Origin: Candidatus Krumholzibacteriota bacterium
GTDB lineage: Bacteria > Krumholzibacteriota > Krumholzibacteriia > JAJRXK01
Assembly (NCBI GenBank): GCA_963764625.1
Contig: CAVXTH010000001.1
Span: 1-64,000 of the forward strand
Direction: 5' to 3'
Length of the DNA stretch: 64,000 nucleotides
The stretch's first letter is position 1, and each line of letters opens with the position of its first letter. Positions 9,659-18,827 of this stretch are shown here, piece after piece. The notes beneath the pieces were generated by a model that saw nothing but the letters and a program-made list of their open reading frames with translations, was not told the origin of the DNA and ran no database searches. A program made the position numbers and the translations under genes.

Positions 9659-11629
9659 CTACCCCGACAACTTCGCCACCAACCACACCACCACGAACAC
9701 CAAAGCGCCAAGCTCAAGCGGCAGAGCCAGAGGCGGCCGCGAACGATCCTCGTCGAAGTCCGGCTCATCGGTGTGCACCCGGTGCGGATACCCCGGCACA
9801 TAGCGCACCGGATCGCGCAACACCTGCACTACCCCGCGCGCGACCCGCCGCGTCGCCACCTCCGACACATCGAACACCCACCCCACCGCATCCACGAACA
9901 CCGCCCTGAAGAACGGCGCCGTCTTGCGGTACAGCACATCGGTATCCATCGAGATCGTCCGCTCCCCGTGCAGCATCGGAATGAACACCCAGAACGCGAA
10001 GAAGGTGAAGAGCAAGAGCTGCACGCTCTCCATCACGTGCGGGAAAGTCCACGGATTCCAATGCACCGCGTAGGGCAAATACCGGTACAACCCTCCCGGC
10101 GCCACTCCCATCAGCGTGCAGAAGAAAGCCGCCATCCCCATCGCCACGATCATGTTCTTCGGCGCCTTCTTGGGCTGGATCCCCTTGTCCTTTCCGAACC
10201 ACACCCCGTAGGGCAGCTTCAGTCCGGTATGCAAGAAGGTCCCCACGCTCGCGAGCATCAGAAGCAAGTACGCCCAGTTCAGATGCGACTCCCCCGCCGC
10301 CGCGATCACCATCGACTTACTGATGAACCCATTCCACAGCGGGAAACCCGAGATCGAGAACGCCCCGATCATGTACAGACCGAAGATGAGTTTCTGCCTC
10401 TTCCAGAACCCACCCAATTCGCTCAGCTTTTCTAGGCCCGTGGTCTGGATCACCGCCCCCGCGCCCATGAACAGAAGCGCCTTGTAAAGGATGTGACTCA
10501 CCGCGTGCGCCGCCGCGCCGTTCACCGCCATCGCGGTGCCGATTCCCGCGCCGGCCACCATGTACCCCACCTGCGAGATGATGTGATAGGCCAGCAGTTC
10601 GCGAATGTCGTTGGACAGCACCGCGTACACCACTCCGTAGAGCGACATGATCACACCCAGCACGAGTAGAATTTCCCAGCCCGCGAAACCGCGCAGCAGG
10701 GTGTAGACTGCGGTCTTGGTGGTCAGCGCCGAACAGAAGATAGCCCCGGTCACCGTCGCGCGCGGATACGCATCGGGCAACCACGGACCCAACGGCGGCA
10801 CCGCCGCATTCACGCAGAGTCCAAAGAGGATGAGCCAGGCCGCCAGGCCGCCTTCGCCGCGCGCGAAGCGCTCGAAGAGAATGCTACCGGTCGCGTGCTG
10901 GTAGAGCAGAATCCCCGCCAAAAGCACCGCGCCTCCGGTGAGGTGCACCAGGATGTAGCGCTTGCCCGCCGCCTGCGACTCGGCCCGTTTGCGCGCCCAG
11001 ATCAACACGACCGATGACACCGCCATCAGTTCCCAGAACGCGTAGAGGGTGAAGTAGTCGCCGGCGAAGGTCACCCCCAACGCGCCCGCGTTGTAGAGCA
11101 ACGCCGCGACCTGTTGACGGCGGTCGTTGATGTGCCAGGCGTAGGTCCCGGCGATCACACCCACCAACGCGAAGATCTTCCCGAACACGAGCGAGAGTCG
11201 ATCGGCCCGCAGCACCGTCAAGTCCAGGCCCAAAAAGTACGCGCGCACCAGAGTGCCGTCGGGCAGACCCCAGATGTACCACAACGCATAGAGCGGCGCG
11301 CCGATCGCCACCGCCGCACGCAGTTTCCCCGGCAGCACGAGCACGAGCAACGCGCCGAGCAACAGAACCACCGCCGGTGGCCACGCCGTGGTGTTCACGA
11401 TGGCGGGCGTCAACACGGGAGCCAGTACGCGGGCGGCATGGTGTGAGAGCGTGACTCCATCGAGCTGGACTGCTGCGTCGCTCTGCGCGCTGGCTTCGGC
11501 CTGGTCCTGCCCCGCCGTCGCGTTCCCTGTCCCCCCGGCAAACCCCGACATCCCGACCACCAATGCCACCATGAGCAGCATCAGCATCCCGGCCAGCCAG
11601 GTCCTCTCGCGCCCGCTACTTCCGGTCAT
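9659..11629 (-). CDS. mrpD: Mrp-type Na+/H+ antiporter subunit D-like (third paralog)
   Basis: FWELMA, WLPDAYP, TTKTAVY, LAYHIISQVGYM, HILYKALLFM motifs of the Proton_antipo_M family. Confidence 0.8.
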   Translation of the reverse strand: MTGSSGRERTWLAGMLMLLMVALVVGMSGFAGGTGNATAGQDQAEASAQSDAAVQLDGVTLSHHAARVLAPVLTPAIVNTTAWPPAVVLLLGALLVLVLPGKLRAAVAIGAPLYALWYIWGLPDGTLVRAYFLGLDLTVLRADRLSLVFGKIFALVGVIAGTYAWHINDRRQQVAALLYNAGALGVTFAGDYFTLYAFWELMAVSSVVLIWARKRAESQAAGKRYILVHLTGGAVLLAGILLYQHATGSILFERFARGEGGLAAWLILFGLCVNAAVPPLGPWLPDAYPRATVTGAIFCSALTTKTAVYTLLRGFAGWEILLVLGVIMSLYGVVYAVLSNDIRELLAYHIISQVGYMVAGAGIGTAMAVNGAAAHAVSHILYKALLFMGAGAVIQTTGLEKLSELGGFWKRQKLIFGLYMIGAFSISGFPLWNGFISKSMVIAAAGESHLNWAYLLLMLASVGTFLHTGLKLPYGVWFGKDKGIQPKKAPKNMIVAMGMAAFFCTLMGVAPGGLYRYLPYAVHWNPWTFPHVMESVQLLLFTFFAFWVFIPMLHGERTISMDTDVLYRKTAPFFRAVFVDAVGWVFDVSEVATRRVARGVVQVLRDPVRYVPGYPHRVHTDEPDFDEDRSRPPLALPLELGALVFVVVWLVAKLSG

Positions 11630-11981
11630 CGTAGAAATCCTCCCTCTTCTGCAGGAAGAGATGACCGAGCCACTTGCTCACCACGACGATCGCGGCGCAT
11701 CCCACCGCGCCGTACAGCGCCCACCAGCCGAAAATGTGATCCCAGAATCCGTGCGCCTGGCCTTCGTACGGGGCCACGAGCGACACCACGAGCGGCAACC
11801 CCAGAACAATGGCCCCGCTGATCGACGCGAAGAGCCACCCACGCGCGCCGGGCCACTGCAGTTTCAACTTCATGCCGCCCTTCATGCCGTTCTTCATACC
11901 GCTCTTCATGCCGCTCTTCATGCCGCCCCTCATGCCGCCCCTCATGCCGCCCCTCATGCCGCCCCTCATACCATCCTTCAC
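11616..11981 (-). CDS. Small 2-TM Mrp-operon-associated protein with GGM(K/R) repeat N-terminus
   Basis: GTG start overlaps the upstream stop; WWALYGAVGCAAIVVVSKWLG..FLQKREDFYD C-terminus. Confidence 0.7.
   Translation of the reverse strand: MKDGMRGGMRGGMRGGMRGGMKSGMKSGMKNGMKGGMKLKLQWPGARGWLFASISGAIVLGLPLVVSLVAPYEGQAHGFWDHIFGWWALYGAVGCAAIVVVSKWLGHLFLQKREDFYDDRK
11868..11981 (-). repeat. 12-bp tandem repeat, about 9 copies (ATGAGGGGCGGC / ATGAAGAGCGGC)
   Basis: CAT on the + strand at 11871, 11883 ... 11967, at exact 12-nt spacing. Confidence 0.9.
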
Positions 11982-13483
11982 GGCCCACCTCCCCACACCA
12001 TCGCCGCCACTCCGCGCGCCAGATCCACTGCGTGCGCGCCCAGGTTCGGCAGCACCCCCAGCACCAGCGACATCAGCCCCGTCACCGTCAGGGGGCCCAC
12101 CATCCACCAACTCGCCTCACTGTAGCTCGAGTACTCCTCGTTCTCGCGAAAGAACGCCTGGTGCACGATGGGGAAGAAGTAGGCCGCATTCAAAACCCCC
12201 GACAAAACCAGAAGCCCCAGAAACGTCCACTGCCGCGCATCGACGGTTCCCACCGCCAGCGTCCACTTCGACACGAAGCCGTTCACGCCCGGCACTCCGG
12301 CCAGACCCAGACTCGCAATGGCGAACGCGATCATCGTCACCGGCATCTGCCGGCCGATCCCCACCATCTCCGAGATGTTCTCCTTGTGGGTCCGCACGTA
12401 GATCGCACCGGCGCAGAAGAACAGCGTGATCTTCATCGTGGCGTGAAACATGAGGTGCATCACCGAGCCCGCCATACCGCTGGGGGTCAGAATTGCCGCC
12501 CCCAACACGATGTAGCTCAGATGGCCCACCGTCGAATAGGCCAACCGCCGCTTCAGATTGTCCTGCCGCAAGGCGAGCAAGGACGCCACCGTCAGGGTGA
12601 TGCCCGCCACCCACGCGAGCATGTGCCACACGCCGATGTCCCGCAGCAGAGTGGGCCCGTACACGAAGCCCACGATCCGTAGCACTCCGAACACGCCGGC
12701 CTTGACCACCGCCACCGCGTGCAGCAGAGCACTCACCGGAGTGGGCGCCGCCATCGCGGCCGGAAGCCATGATTGCAGCGGCATGAGCGCTGCCTTGACC
12801 CCCACCCCCAGCATGAACAAGAGGAAGATCAGCTGCAGCATTCGTCGCGACGCATCGGTGGTCGAAAGAAATCCCCCCGCGCGGAAGTCGAGGGACGCGG
12901 GGTGAATCGTCGCCGTCAACACCACCGCCAGCACCAACATCAAGCCAGCCGGCAACACGAAACACAGGTACTTGCGTGCCGCGTCGATCGCCTTCGGAGT
13001 CTCCTTGTGCAGCACCAGGGGATAGGTCGCCAGACTCAGCATCTCGAAGAAGATGACGAAGGTCAAAAGATTCGCCGCGAACGCAATCCCGATCGTCGCG
13101 TGCAGGCACAACGCGAACGATGTGTAGTAGCGCGTCTGCTTGTGCTCGTTCGTCCCACGCATGTAACCGATGCTGTACAGCGAAGTCAGAAGCCACAGGG
13201 TCGACGCCACCACCGCGAACACAAAGCCCAGCGTATCGACCCGCAGCGCCAACTCCACCCCGGGCGTGATGCGCCACAACGAAATCTGCGCCACTTTGCC
13301 CGAAAGCACCCACGGCAACATCGACCACACCAGACCGGCCTTCGAGAGCGCCGCGAGCAGCGTCCACCCCTCGCGCAGATTCCGTCGCTTCTCCCCCGCG
13401 AGCAAAATCAGTGGAATGGCCAACAACGAAACCAGGAGGGCCCAGAGCGGCCGCGTGCTGGTGAAGTACGTAAGCTCGTGCAT
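11978..13483 (-). CDS. mrpD: Mrp-type antiporter subunit D-like (second paralog)
   Basis: FFEMLS, GVKAALMPLQSWLPAAMAAPTPVSALLHAVAVVKAG, LKRRLAYST. Confidence 0.85.
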   Translation of the reverse strand: MHELTYFTSTRPLWALLVSLLAIPLILLAGEKRRNLREGWTLLAALSKAGLVWSMLPWVLSGKVAQISLWRITPGVELALRVDTLGFVFAVVASTLWLLTSLYSIGYMRGTNEHKQTRYYTSFALCLHATIGIAFAANLLTFVIFFEMLSLATYPLVLHKETPKAIDAARKYLCFVLPAGLMLVLAVVLTATIHPASLDFRAGGFLSTTDASRRMLQLIFLLFMLGVGVKAALMPLQSWLPAAMAAPTPVSALLHAVAVVKAGVFGVLRIVGFVYGPTLLRDIGVWHMLAWVAGITLTVASLLALRQDNLKRRLAYSTVGHLSYIVLGAAILTPSGMAGSVMHLMFHATMKITLFFCAGAIYVRTHKENISEMVGIGRQMPVTMIAFAIASLGLAGVPGVNGFVSKWTLAVGTVDARQWTFLGLLVLSGVLNAAYFFPIVHQAFFRENEEYSSYSEASWWMVGPLTVTGLMSLVLGVLPNLGAHAVDLARGVAAMVWGGGP

Positions 13484-13490
13484 CAGCCCC

Positions 13491-15149
13491 TCACCCCCCC
13501 AGTCCCTGGATCTGCAGCGCCACCGGCAACGCCTTCAGAATGACCGCGCTCACGAACCACGCGTTCACCAGACCGAGCACGAGAGTTCCCACCCCCAGAA
13601 GCAAGGGAGGCAACACCAACGCCAAACCCGGGTCGCGCGGGGTCACTGCGACTGCCGCGGTCGCCGCACCACCCGCAACGGCGCCCACCTCTCCGCTCGC
13701 ACCCGCGGCTGCCACACCCGCTCCCTCCGGCACCCGCGCATAGATCCTCTCCAGCACCCGGAAGAAATAGCCCGCGGTCAACAGCCCACTCAGAATCAAC
13801 AACACCAGCAGCACCCACTGATGCGCCCGCGCCAGTCCCAGCGCCAGGTACCACTTCGAAAAGAACCCATTGGTCGGCGGCAACCCCACCATCGCGATCG
13901 CGGCGAACGCGAAGCCCACGAAAGTCCATGGCATCTTGCGCCCCAGACCGGTCCAACCATCGAGTCGGTGCCTTCCCGTCTGCATCTCCACGATCCCACA
14001 GGTCATGAACAACGAGGACTTCATCGCCGCGTGATTCATGATGTGCAGAATCGCGCCCACCAGGGCCCAGTAGTTGCCCGTCCCGATCCCCACTCCGATG
14101 TACCCGACCTGCGCAATCGACGAATACGCCAGCATCCGCTTGGGATCCCTCTGCGCGATCGCCATGCACGAACCCCAGATCACGCCCAGCATCGAGAGCC
14201 ACGCGATGACCGCTCCCAGCTGCAGATGCGACAGCGCCCATTCACTTCCGTACACGAAGTAGAGCATCCGGATGAGCACGTAGGCCGAGACCTTCGTCAT
14301 CAGAGGCGCGATGATCGAAGTCGAGGTGGCCGACGCGTAGGTGTAGGCGTCGGGCAACCACAGGTGCAGGGGAAAGAGCGCCGCCTTCAGACTCAGACCC
14401 GCCACCATGAACACCAGAGCCACCGTCAACGCGGGATTCGTCATCAAGCCGGGCAGAAGCCCCGCCACGTCGGCCATGTTCAGACTGCCGGTGAGCACGT
14501 AGAGATAGCCCACCCCGAGCAGATAGAACGAAGCCCCGATCGTGCCCTGCAAGAGGTAGCGAAAGGATGACACCGGCGCCTTGCGATCGCCGATCGCCAT
14601 CAGAGCGTAGGCGCTGAGACTGGAGATCTCGAAGAAGACGTAGAGGTTGAAGAGGTCCCCCGTCATCACCATGCCGCACAGTCCCAAGAGCAGTACGATC
14701 ATCATGGCGAAGAAGGGCACTTCGCGTTCGGGGTTCTGGCGCCGCACCGAGCTCCCCGCGTAGATCGCCACCATCAACGCCACCACCGCGATCACCAGCA
14801 CCACGAACGCGCTCAGGGGATCCAGCACGAACTCGATCCCGATGGGCGGGGTCCATCCGGCCAGCTTGTAGTGCAAGGGACCGTGAACCAATACCTGTCG
14901 CAGCGCCGCGAGACTGGCCGTGAGCAGAGCCAGAACCACGACCACCATCGTGGCGTGCGCCAACCGTCGCCGGATCAAACCCAGGCCGGGAACCGCGATT
15001 ACTCCCGCAATCAGCGGCAACACGATCAGGATGGGAAGGTTGCTCGCATCGGGAGCCTGCAGCGGCGCGCCATGGGACATGCCCTGCGCCGCACCCTGCG
15101 CCGCACCCTGAACCGCCACCGCGGCCACGTTCGCGAGGAAATGAATCAC
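13491..15149 (-). CDS. mrpD: Mrp-type antiporter subunit D
   Basis: TGDLFNLYVFFEI, LKAALFPLHLWLPDAY, KRMLAYSSIAQVGYI, GLPPTNGFFSKW. Confidence 0.88.
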   Translation of the reverse strand: MIHFLANVAAVAVQGAAQGAAQGMSHGAPLQAPDASNLPILIVLPLIAGVIAVPGLGLIRRRLAHATMVVVVLALLTASLAALRQVLVHGPLHYKLAGWTPPIGIEFVLDPLSAFVVLVIAVVALMVAIYAGSSVRRQNPEREVPFFAMMIVLLLGLCGMVMTGDLFNLYVFFEISSLSAYALMAIGDRKAPVSSFRYLLQGTIGASFYLLGVGYLYVLTGSLNMADVAGLLPGLMTNPALTVALVFMVAGLSLKAALFPLHLWLPDAYTYASATSTSIIAPLMTKVSAYVLIRMLYFVYGSEWALSHLQLGAVIAWLSMLGVIWGSCMAIAQRDPKRMLAYSSIAQVGYIGVGIGTGNYWALVGAILHIMNHAAMKSSLFMTCGIVEMQTGRHRLDGWTGLGRKMPWTFVGFAFAAIAMVGLPPTNGFFSKWYLALGLARAHQWVLLVLLILSGLLTAGYFFRVLERIYARVPEGAGVAAAGASGEVGAVAGGAATAAVAVTPRDPGLALVLPPLLLGVGTLVLGLVNAWFVSAVILKALPVALQIQGLGG

Positions 15150-15153
15150 CGCG

Positions 15154-15528
15154 TCAGCCCCGCTCTCGATCCGTCCGCAACTCTCGCAGAAGTTCGTCCT
15201 CCTCGAGAGTCCCGAAACGCTTGTAGATCAAGGAGAGCAAAGCCAGCGCCACCCCGGTCGTGGCCACCGACACCACGATGGCGGTCAGCATCAGCCCGTG
15301 CGGAATGGGATTGATGTAGCGCGAGGGATCATCGCCCAGCGCGGCGTCGTGCACCGGCACCGTCCCCGCATCCTTCCACGCATAGACGATGAAGAAGAGA
15401 ATGATCGCACTCTGGAAGATGTTCATCCCGATGAGCTTCTTCACCAGGTTGCGCTTGGCCACCATCCCGTAGAGACCGATGAGCAACATGAGCACTGTCG
15501 CGAAGTACGGCCATTTGTCAGCCAGCAT
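15154..15528 (-). CDS. mrpC: Mrp antiporter subunit C
   Basis: NLVKKLIGMNIFQ, NPIPHGLMLTAIVVSVA. Confidence 0.9.
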   Translation of the reverse strand: MLADKWPYFATVLMLLIGLYGMVAKRNLVKKLIGMNIFQSAIILFFIVYAWKDAGTVPVHDAALGDDPSRYINPIPHGLMLTAIVVSVATTGVALALLSLIYKRFGTLEEDELLRELRTDRERG

Positions 15529-16313
15529 CGCGACCTCTTTCTGGCCCCGCCGAATGCATGGATCTCGCCTTCGCCGCGCTTCTCGAGTCCGACCAGATCG
15601 TCGTAGATCGAGATCAGGGTGCCCATCACCGCGAACGCCACCCCGATCTCCACCAACAGAATGCCCACGTTACGCAAGTAGACCGGCGACAGTCCGAACG
15701 GCAGATGGTCGTACTGCAGGAAGTTTCCCCCGCCCGCCTGCGCCAGGAACCCGGTTCCGGCGTAGATCAAAATCCCGATCACTCCGAAGGGAATGCCGAA
15801 ACGCGTCGCGAATCCCGACTGCGATCCCCGCTTGCCGAACACCACGCGCTGCAAGAGTACGCTGCCGGCGAGAAGGGCCCCACCCTGGAATCCACCACCC
15901 GGTGAATAGTGGCCGTGGAAGATGACGTAGAACGCGAAGATCTGGATGAACGGCACCATGAACCGCGCCACGACTTCGACGATGATGCTGTCCTTGGGAC
16001 GAATCACTCGGCATCCTCCTCCTCGCGCCGCTCGCTCCGCGCGCAAGAGGAGAAAGCAGGCCAGACCGGCGGTGAACACCACGATGGTCTCGCCCAGGGT
16101 ATCGAAGGAACGGTAGTCGGCGATCATCACCGTCACGATGTTCGGAGTGTGCGTGTCCTGGTACCCGTGCTCGAGATACTGGTCGGACACGTGGACCGCG
16201 GCCGGAGCGTTCGGATCACCGAACGCGGGAAGGCCCAACCCGCCGTATACGAGCACCGCCCCCACGGCCAGGATCGTCAGAAACCCCAAGAATCTCGCCA
16301 CGTTCCCCCTCAA
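15441..16313 (-). CDS. mrpB: MnhB-related subunit plus MrpB, read as one ORF; probably two genes (16313-16004 and 16007-15518) joined by indels
   Basis: NIVTVMIADYRSFDTLGE, then GHYSPGGGFQGG; internal GAGGAGG RBS and GTGA overlap at 16004-16007. Confidence 0.75.
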   Translation of the reverse strand: MRGNVARFLGFLTILAVGAVLVYGGLGLPAFGDPNAPAAVHVSDQYLEHGYQDTHTPNIVTVMIADYRSFDTLGETIVVFTAGLACFLLLRAERAARGGGCRVIRPKDSIIVEVVARFMVPFIQIFAFYVIFHGHYSPGGGFQGGALLAGSVLLQRVVFGKRGSQSGFATRFGIPFGVIGILIYAGTGFLAQAGGGNFLQYDHLPFGLSPVYLRNVGILLVEIGVAFAVMGTLISIYDDLVGLEKRGEGEIHAFGGARKRSRCWLTNGRTSRQCSCCSSVSTGWWPSATW

Positions 16314-16555
16314 TCCCGCGACCGGCGTCGCGTGTTGAAGATGGCCACGATGAAGAGGATTCCCGTCACTCCCGCACCCAGCACCGATTCGTTGAACCCC
16401 ACGTCTACCGCGCCGAGCGAAACGTAGAGCAGAGCGACGAGAAAGGAGAACAGGCTCAGCACCGCCGCGGCGGCCAAAAGGTCGCGTACCCGCAGCGCCA
16501 CCAACGCGGCCACCAACGCGAGCACGAAGAAGACCGCGCTGAAGTTACCAGTCAT
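16310..16555 (-). CDS. DUF4040 / Mrp subunit B-associated small membrane protein
   Basis: RDLLAAAAVLSLFS..LGAVDVGFNESVLGAG; three TM segments; position within the Mrp operon. Confidence 0.8.
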   Translation of the reverse strand: MTGNFSAVFFVLALVAALVALRVRDLLAAAAVLSLFSFLVALLYVSLGAVDVGFNESVLGAGVTGILFIVAIFNTRRRSRD

Positions 16556-16583
16556 GTGCTCTCTCTCGCGATGACATCACCAG

Positions 16584-16910
16584 TCATGGCCTCTCTCCCG
16601 CGCCGTCCGAAACACCCTTCTGCTGCGTGATCGGAAGCAATCCGTTGTGGATGGCGGCCTTTCCCAGCGCATGCGTCGCGGCCGGATTCGCCAGCGCGAT
16701 AAACACCACGATGAGAAGCATCTTCACGCTGCTCAGGTCGAAGCCGTGGTAGAAGGCCAGTCCCAACATGAGCGAGATCAATCCCAGGGTGTCGGGCTTG
16801 GTGGCCGCGTGCGCGCGGGTGTAGAAATCGGGCAAGCGGTTCACTCCGATCGCCGCGATGAAGAGCAGCGCCGTCCCGAGCATCATGAGTCCCTTGGCCA
16901 AAAGAATCAC
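16584..16910 (-). CDS. mrpG: Mrp antiporter subunit G
   Basis: RLPDFYTRAHAATKPDTLG, NPAATHALGKAA; GTG start overlaps the mrpF stop. Confidence 0.9.
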   Translation of the reverse strand: MILLAKGLMMLGTALLFIAAIGVNRLPDFYTRAHAATKPDTLGLISLMLGLAFYHGFDLSSVKMLLIVVFIALANPAATHALGKAAIHNGLLPITQQKGVSDGAGERP

Positions 16911-17176
16911 CGCGGCTCGCCCCCCGTGGTATCCAGGTACTTCGCCATCACCAAACCGCCGCTGAAGTTCAGCATCGCGTAGGCAATGGCGATGTCCACG
17001 AACATGTCGATGCGCCCGTAGATCTGCCCCACCAGACAGATCAGAATCACCGTATTGGTCCCCACCACCGACACCCCCACCATGCGGTCGTAGATGGTGA
17101 GCCCACGCATCACCCGCCAAAATGGCAACACCAGCGCCACCGCCACCAGCACCGTGATCCACTGCAAGAAGCTCAC
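16907..17176 (-). CDS. mrpF: Mrp antiporter subunit F
   Basis: RGLTIYDRMVG..FVDIAIAYAMLNF..MAKYL. Confidence 0.88.
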   Translation of the reverse strand: MSFLQWITVLVAVALVLPFWRVMRGLTIYDRMVGVSVVGTNTVILICLVGQIYGRIDMFVDIAIAYAMLNFSGGLVMAKYLDTTGGEPR

Positions 17177-17790
17177 AGCCCGTCCTCCGCGAAAGCATTC
17201 ATGTCGCGCAGAATCGAAAGCTGCATCGCATCGGCGCTGAGAATCTCTTCCCCGAACACCGCCGCCACTTTCCGCTGCATCGAACCGTCGATCAAACCCG
17301 CGGCCAGGTCGGGCCGAATCGCATGCACGAGAAACTCATCCCCCAGAATGCGCAGTGTGAAGGTTCCCGGAGTGAGGGTGATGCTGTTTCCCAACACGAC
17401 CTTGGCCAAGTCTCCCTTCATCCCGCAATGAAAGCGCACCAGCACCGGATCGATCCGCAAGCTGGGGTTGACCACGATCCACGCCACCTGGATGTTCGCG
17501 AGCAGAATCTGCCACACCAGCCAAAAGGGATAGCTGAGCGCGCGCCCCGCGTGCAGACCCTGGAACATCTGGCTCGAAGTCGGAGTTCCTTCGCCCGTGA
17601 GTAGCTCGTGGGAGAGCAGGAGCACCAGGAAGATGGACAGGGCGCCGTAACTCAAGTGTTGAAGGTCGAACTTGCCGGAAAAGGCCATCCACAGGAGGGC
17701 CAGGACCACGATCAAGAGAAGGTAGAGACGAATCGGCGCGGTGCGATCGTTTTCGTTTTTTCTTCTCTGACTGTGGGATGAGTTGATCAT
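17173..17790 (-). CDS. mrpE: Mrp antiporter subunit E (start uncertain)
   Basis: ANIQVA..IDPVLV..LGNSITLTPGT..FLVHAI. Confidence 0.88.
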   Translation of the reverse strand: MINSSHSQRRKNENDRTAPIRLYLLLIVVLALLWMAFSGKFDLQHLSYGALSIFLVLLLSHELLTGEGTPTSSQMFQGLHAGRALSYPFWLVWQILLANIQVAWIVVNPSLRIDPVLVRFHCGMKGDLAKVVLGNSITLTPGTFTLRILGDEFLVHAIRPDLAAGLIDGSMQRKVAAVFGEEILSADAMQLSILRDMNAFAEDGL

Positions 17791-18068
17791 CGATGGCAGA
17801 GAAACGGGGGGCTCCCGCTGGGGGAGACTTCGACCGATAGTAAGGCTCAATGTACCGCCGCGCTCGAGAGGGAACAAGTGGGAACCCTCGCGGCCGTGTG
17901 TCTCGTATTCCCTTCGACGCCCGGAAGTCCAAGCGGAGTCGGGCGGGGATCCGCCCGCGGGCAATGCCTTCCCTTCATGGAGCTTGGCACCGGAACGGGA
18001 ACGATATACTCTTGAAGCAAGAGGCCGAGGGTCTCTTGCCGGCCCTCGGAATACGAGAGGAGGCAGTC

Positions 18069-18827
18069 ATGGCACGCCTTTACCCTACCTTACTGGTTGT
18101 GCCTCTGCTCGCCGCATGCGCGTCGACTTCGCCGAAGGCTCCGCCGGGTGATGTCTTCTATCTCCATGGAATGGATTCGGACTATTCGGTCCGTGCTTCG
18201 GAGCTCCAAAGCTCGAAATTTGGGGAACTCGTCAGTGATCTGCCCAGCGCTCTACTCGCGGGCAACGAGGAATTCACCGTGGCAGCCAGTGTCTTCCGCC
18301 ACGGGGAGAACGTCACCCTCGACATGATCGTCGCCAACCACTCTTCGCGAGATCTGCGTTTGAACCGCGCCGACGTGTACATCTTCGACTACATGGGAAA
18401 TAGGCTCGCGTCGCTGGACGATTGGGAAGACGGCGTGAACTACGGCCTGAGAAGTCTGGTCCAAAAGGGGGACCAGTACACCTACTTCGGTCAGCCCTCC
18501 GAGACTCCGCGCAGCTACGGGCAAGAGACGCCCGACGCAAACGCCACCAACAAACCGGGCACGAGCCAGGCCACTCCGCCGAATCGCAATACTCGCTCTT
18601 CCCAGGAGCAGGATTCCGCCGAGCTGGACATGCTCACCAACCCGATTACGGTCCGCCGCTACAACGCGGTGGCACCCAAGACCCTGGTGGTGAAATCGGG
18701 TGAGAGGAAGCCCTATTGGGCCTATTTCAAGACGAAGGACCTCGTGTTTCCCGTCACCGCCGTGATCAGGCTCAACGGGAAACGCCTGATCTTCCGCTTC
18801 GAGCTTCCGCGGACGACGGCAGGCTGA
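18069..18827 (+). CDS. Hypothetical lipoprotein
   Basis: GAGGAGG RBS; lipobox LAAC in MARLYPTLLVVPLLAAC. Confidence 0.7.
   Translation: MARLYPTLLVVPLLAACASTSPKAPPGDVFYLHGMDSDYSVRASELQSSKFGELVSDLPSALLAGNEEFTVAASVFRHGENVTLDMIVANHSSRDLRLNRADVYIFDYMGNRLASLDDWEDGVNYGLRSLVQKGDQYTYFGQPSETPRSYGQETPDANATNKPGTSQATPPNRNTRSSQEQDSAELDMLTNPITVRRYNAVAPKTLVVKSGERKPYWAYFKTKDLVFPVTAVIRLNGKRLIFRFELPRTTAG

Noticed and set aside
11868-11981. CRISPR array
   Set aside because: The 12-bp units are contiguous with no spacers, lie inside a CDS, and no cas genes are present.
15441-16313. Novel MnhB-MrpB fusion with an 88-nt overlap into mrpC
   Set aside because: Removing one base at each of two sites gives two normally coupled genes with RBS and GTGA overlap, so an indel artefact is more likely.
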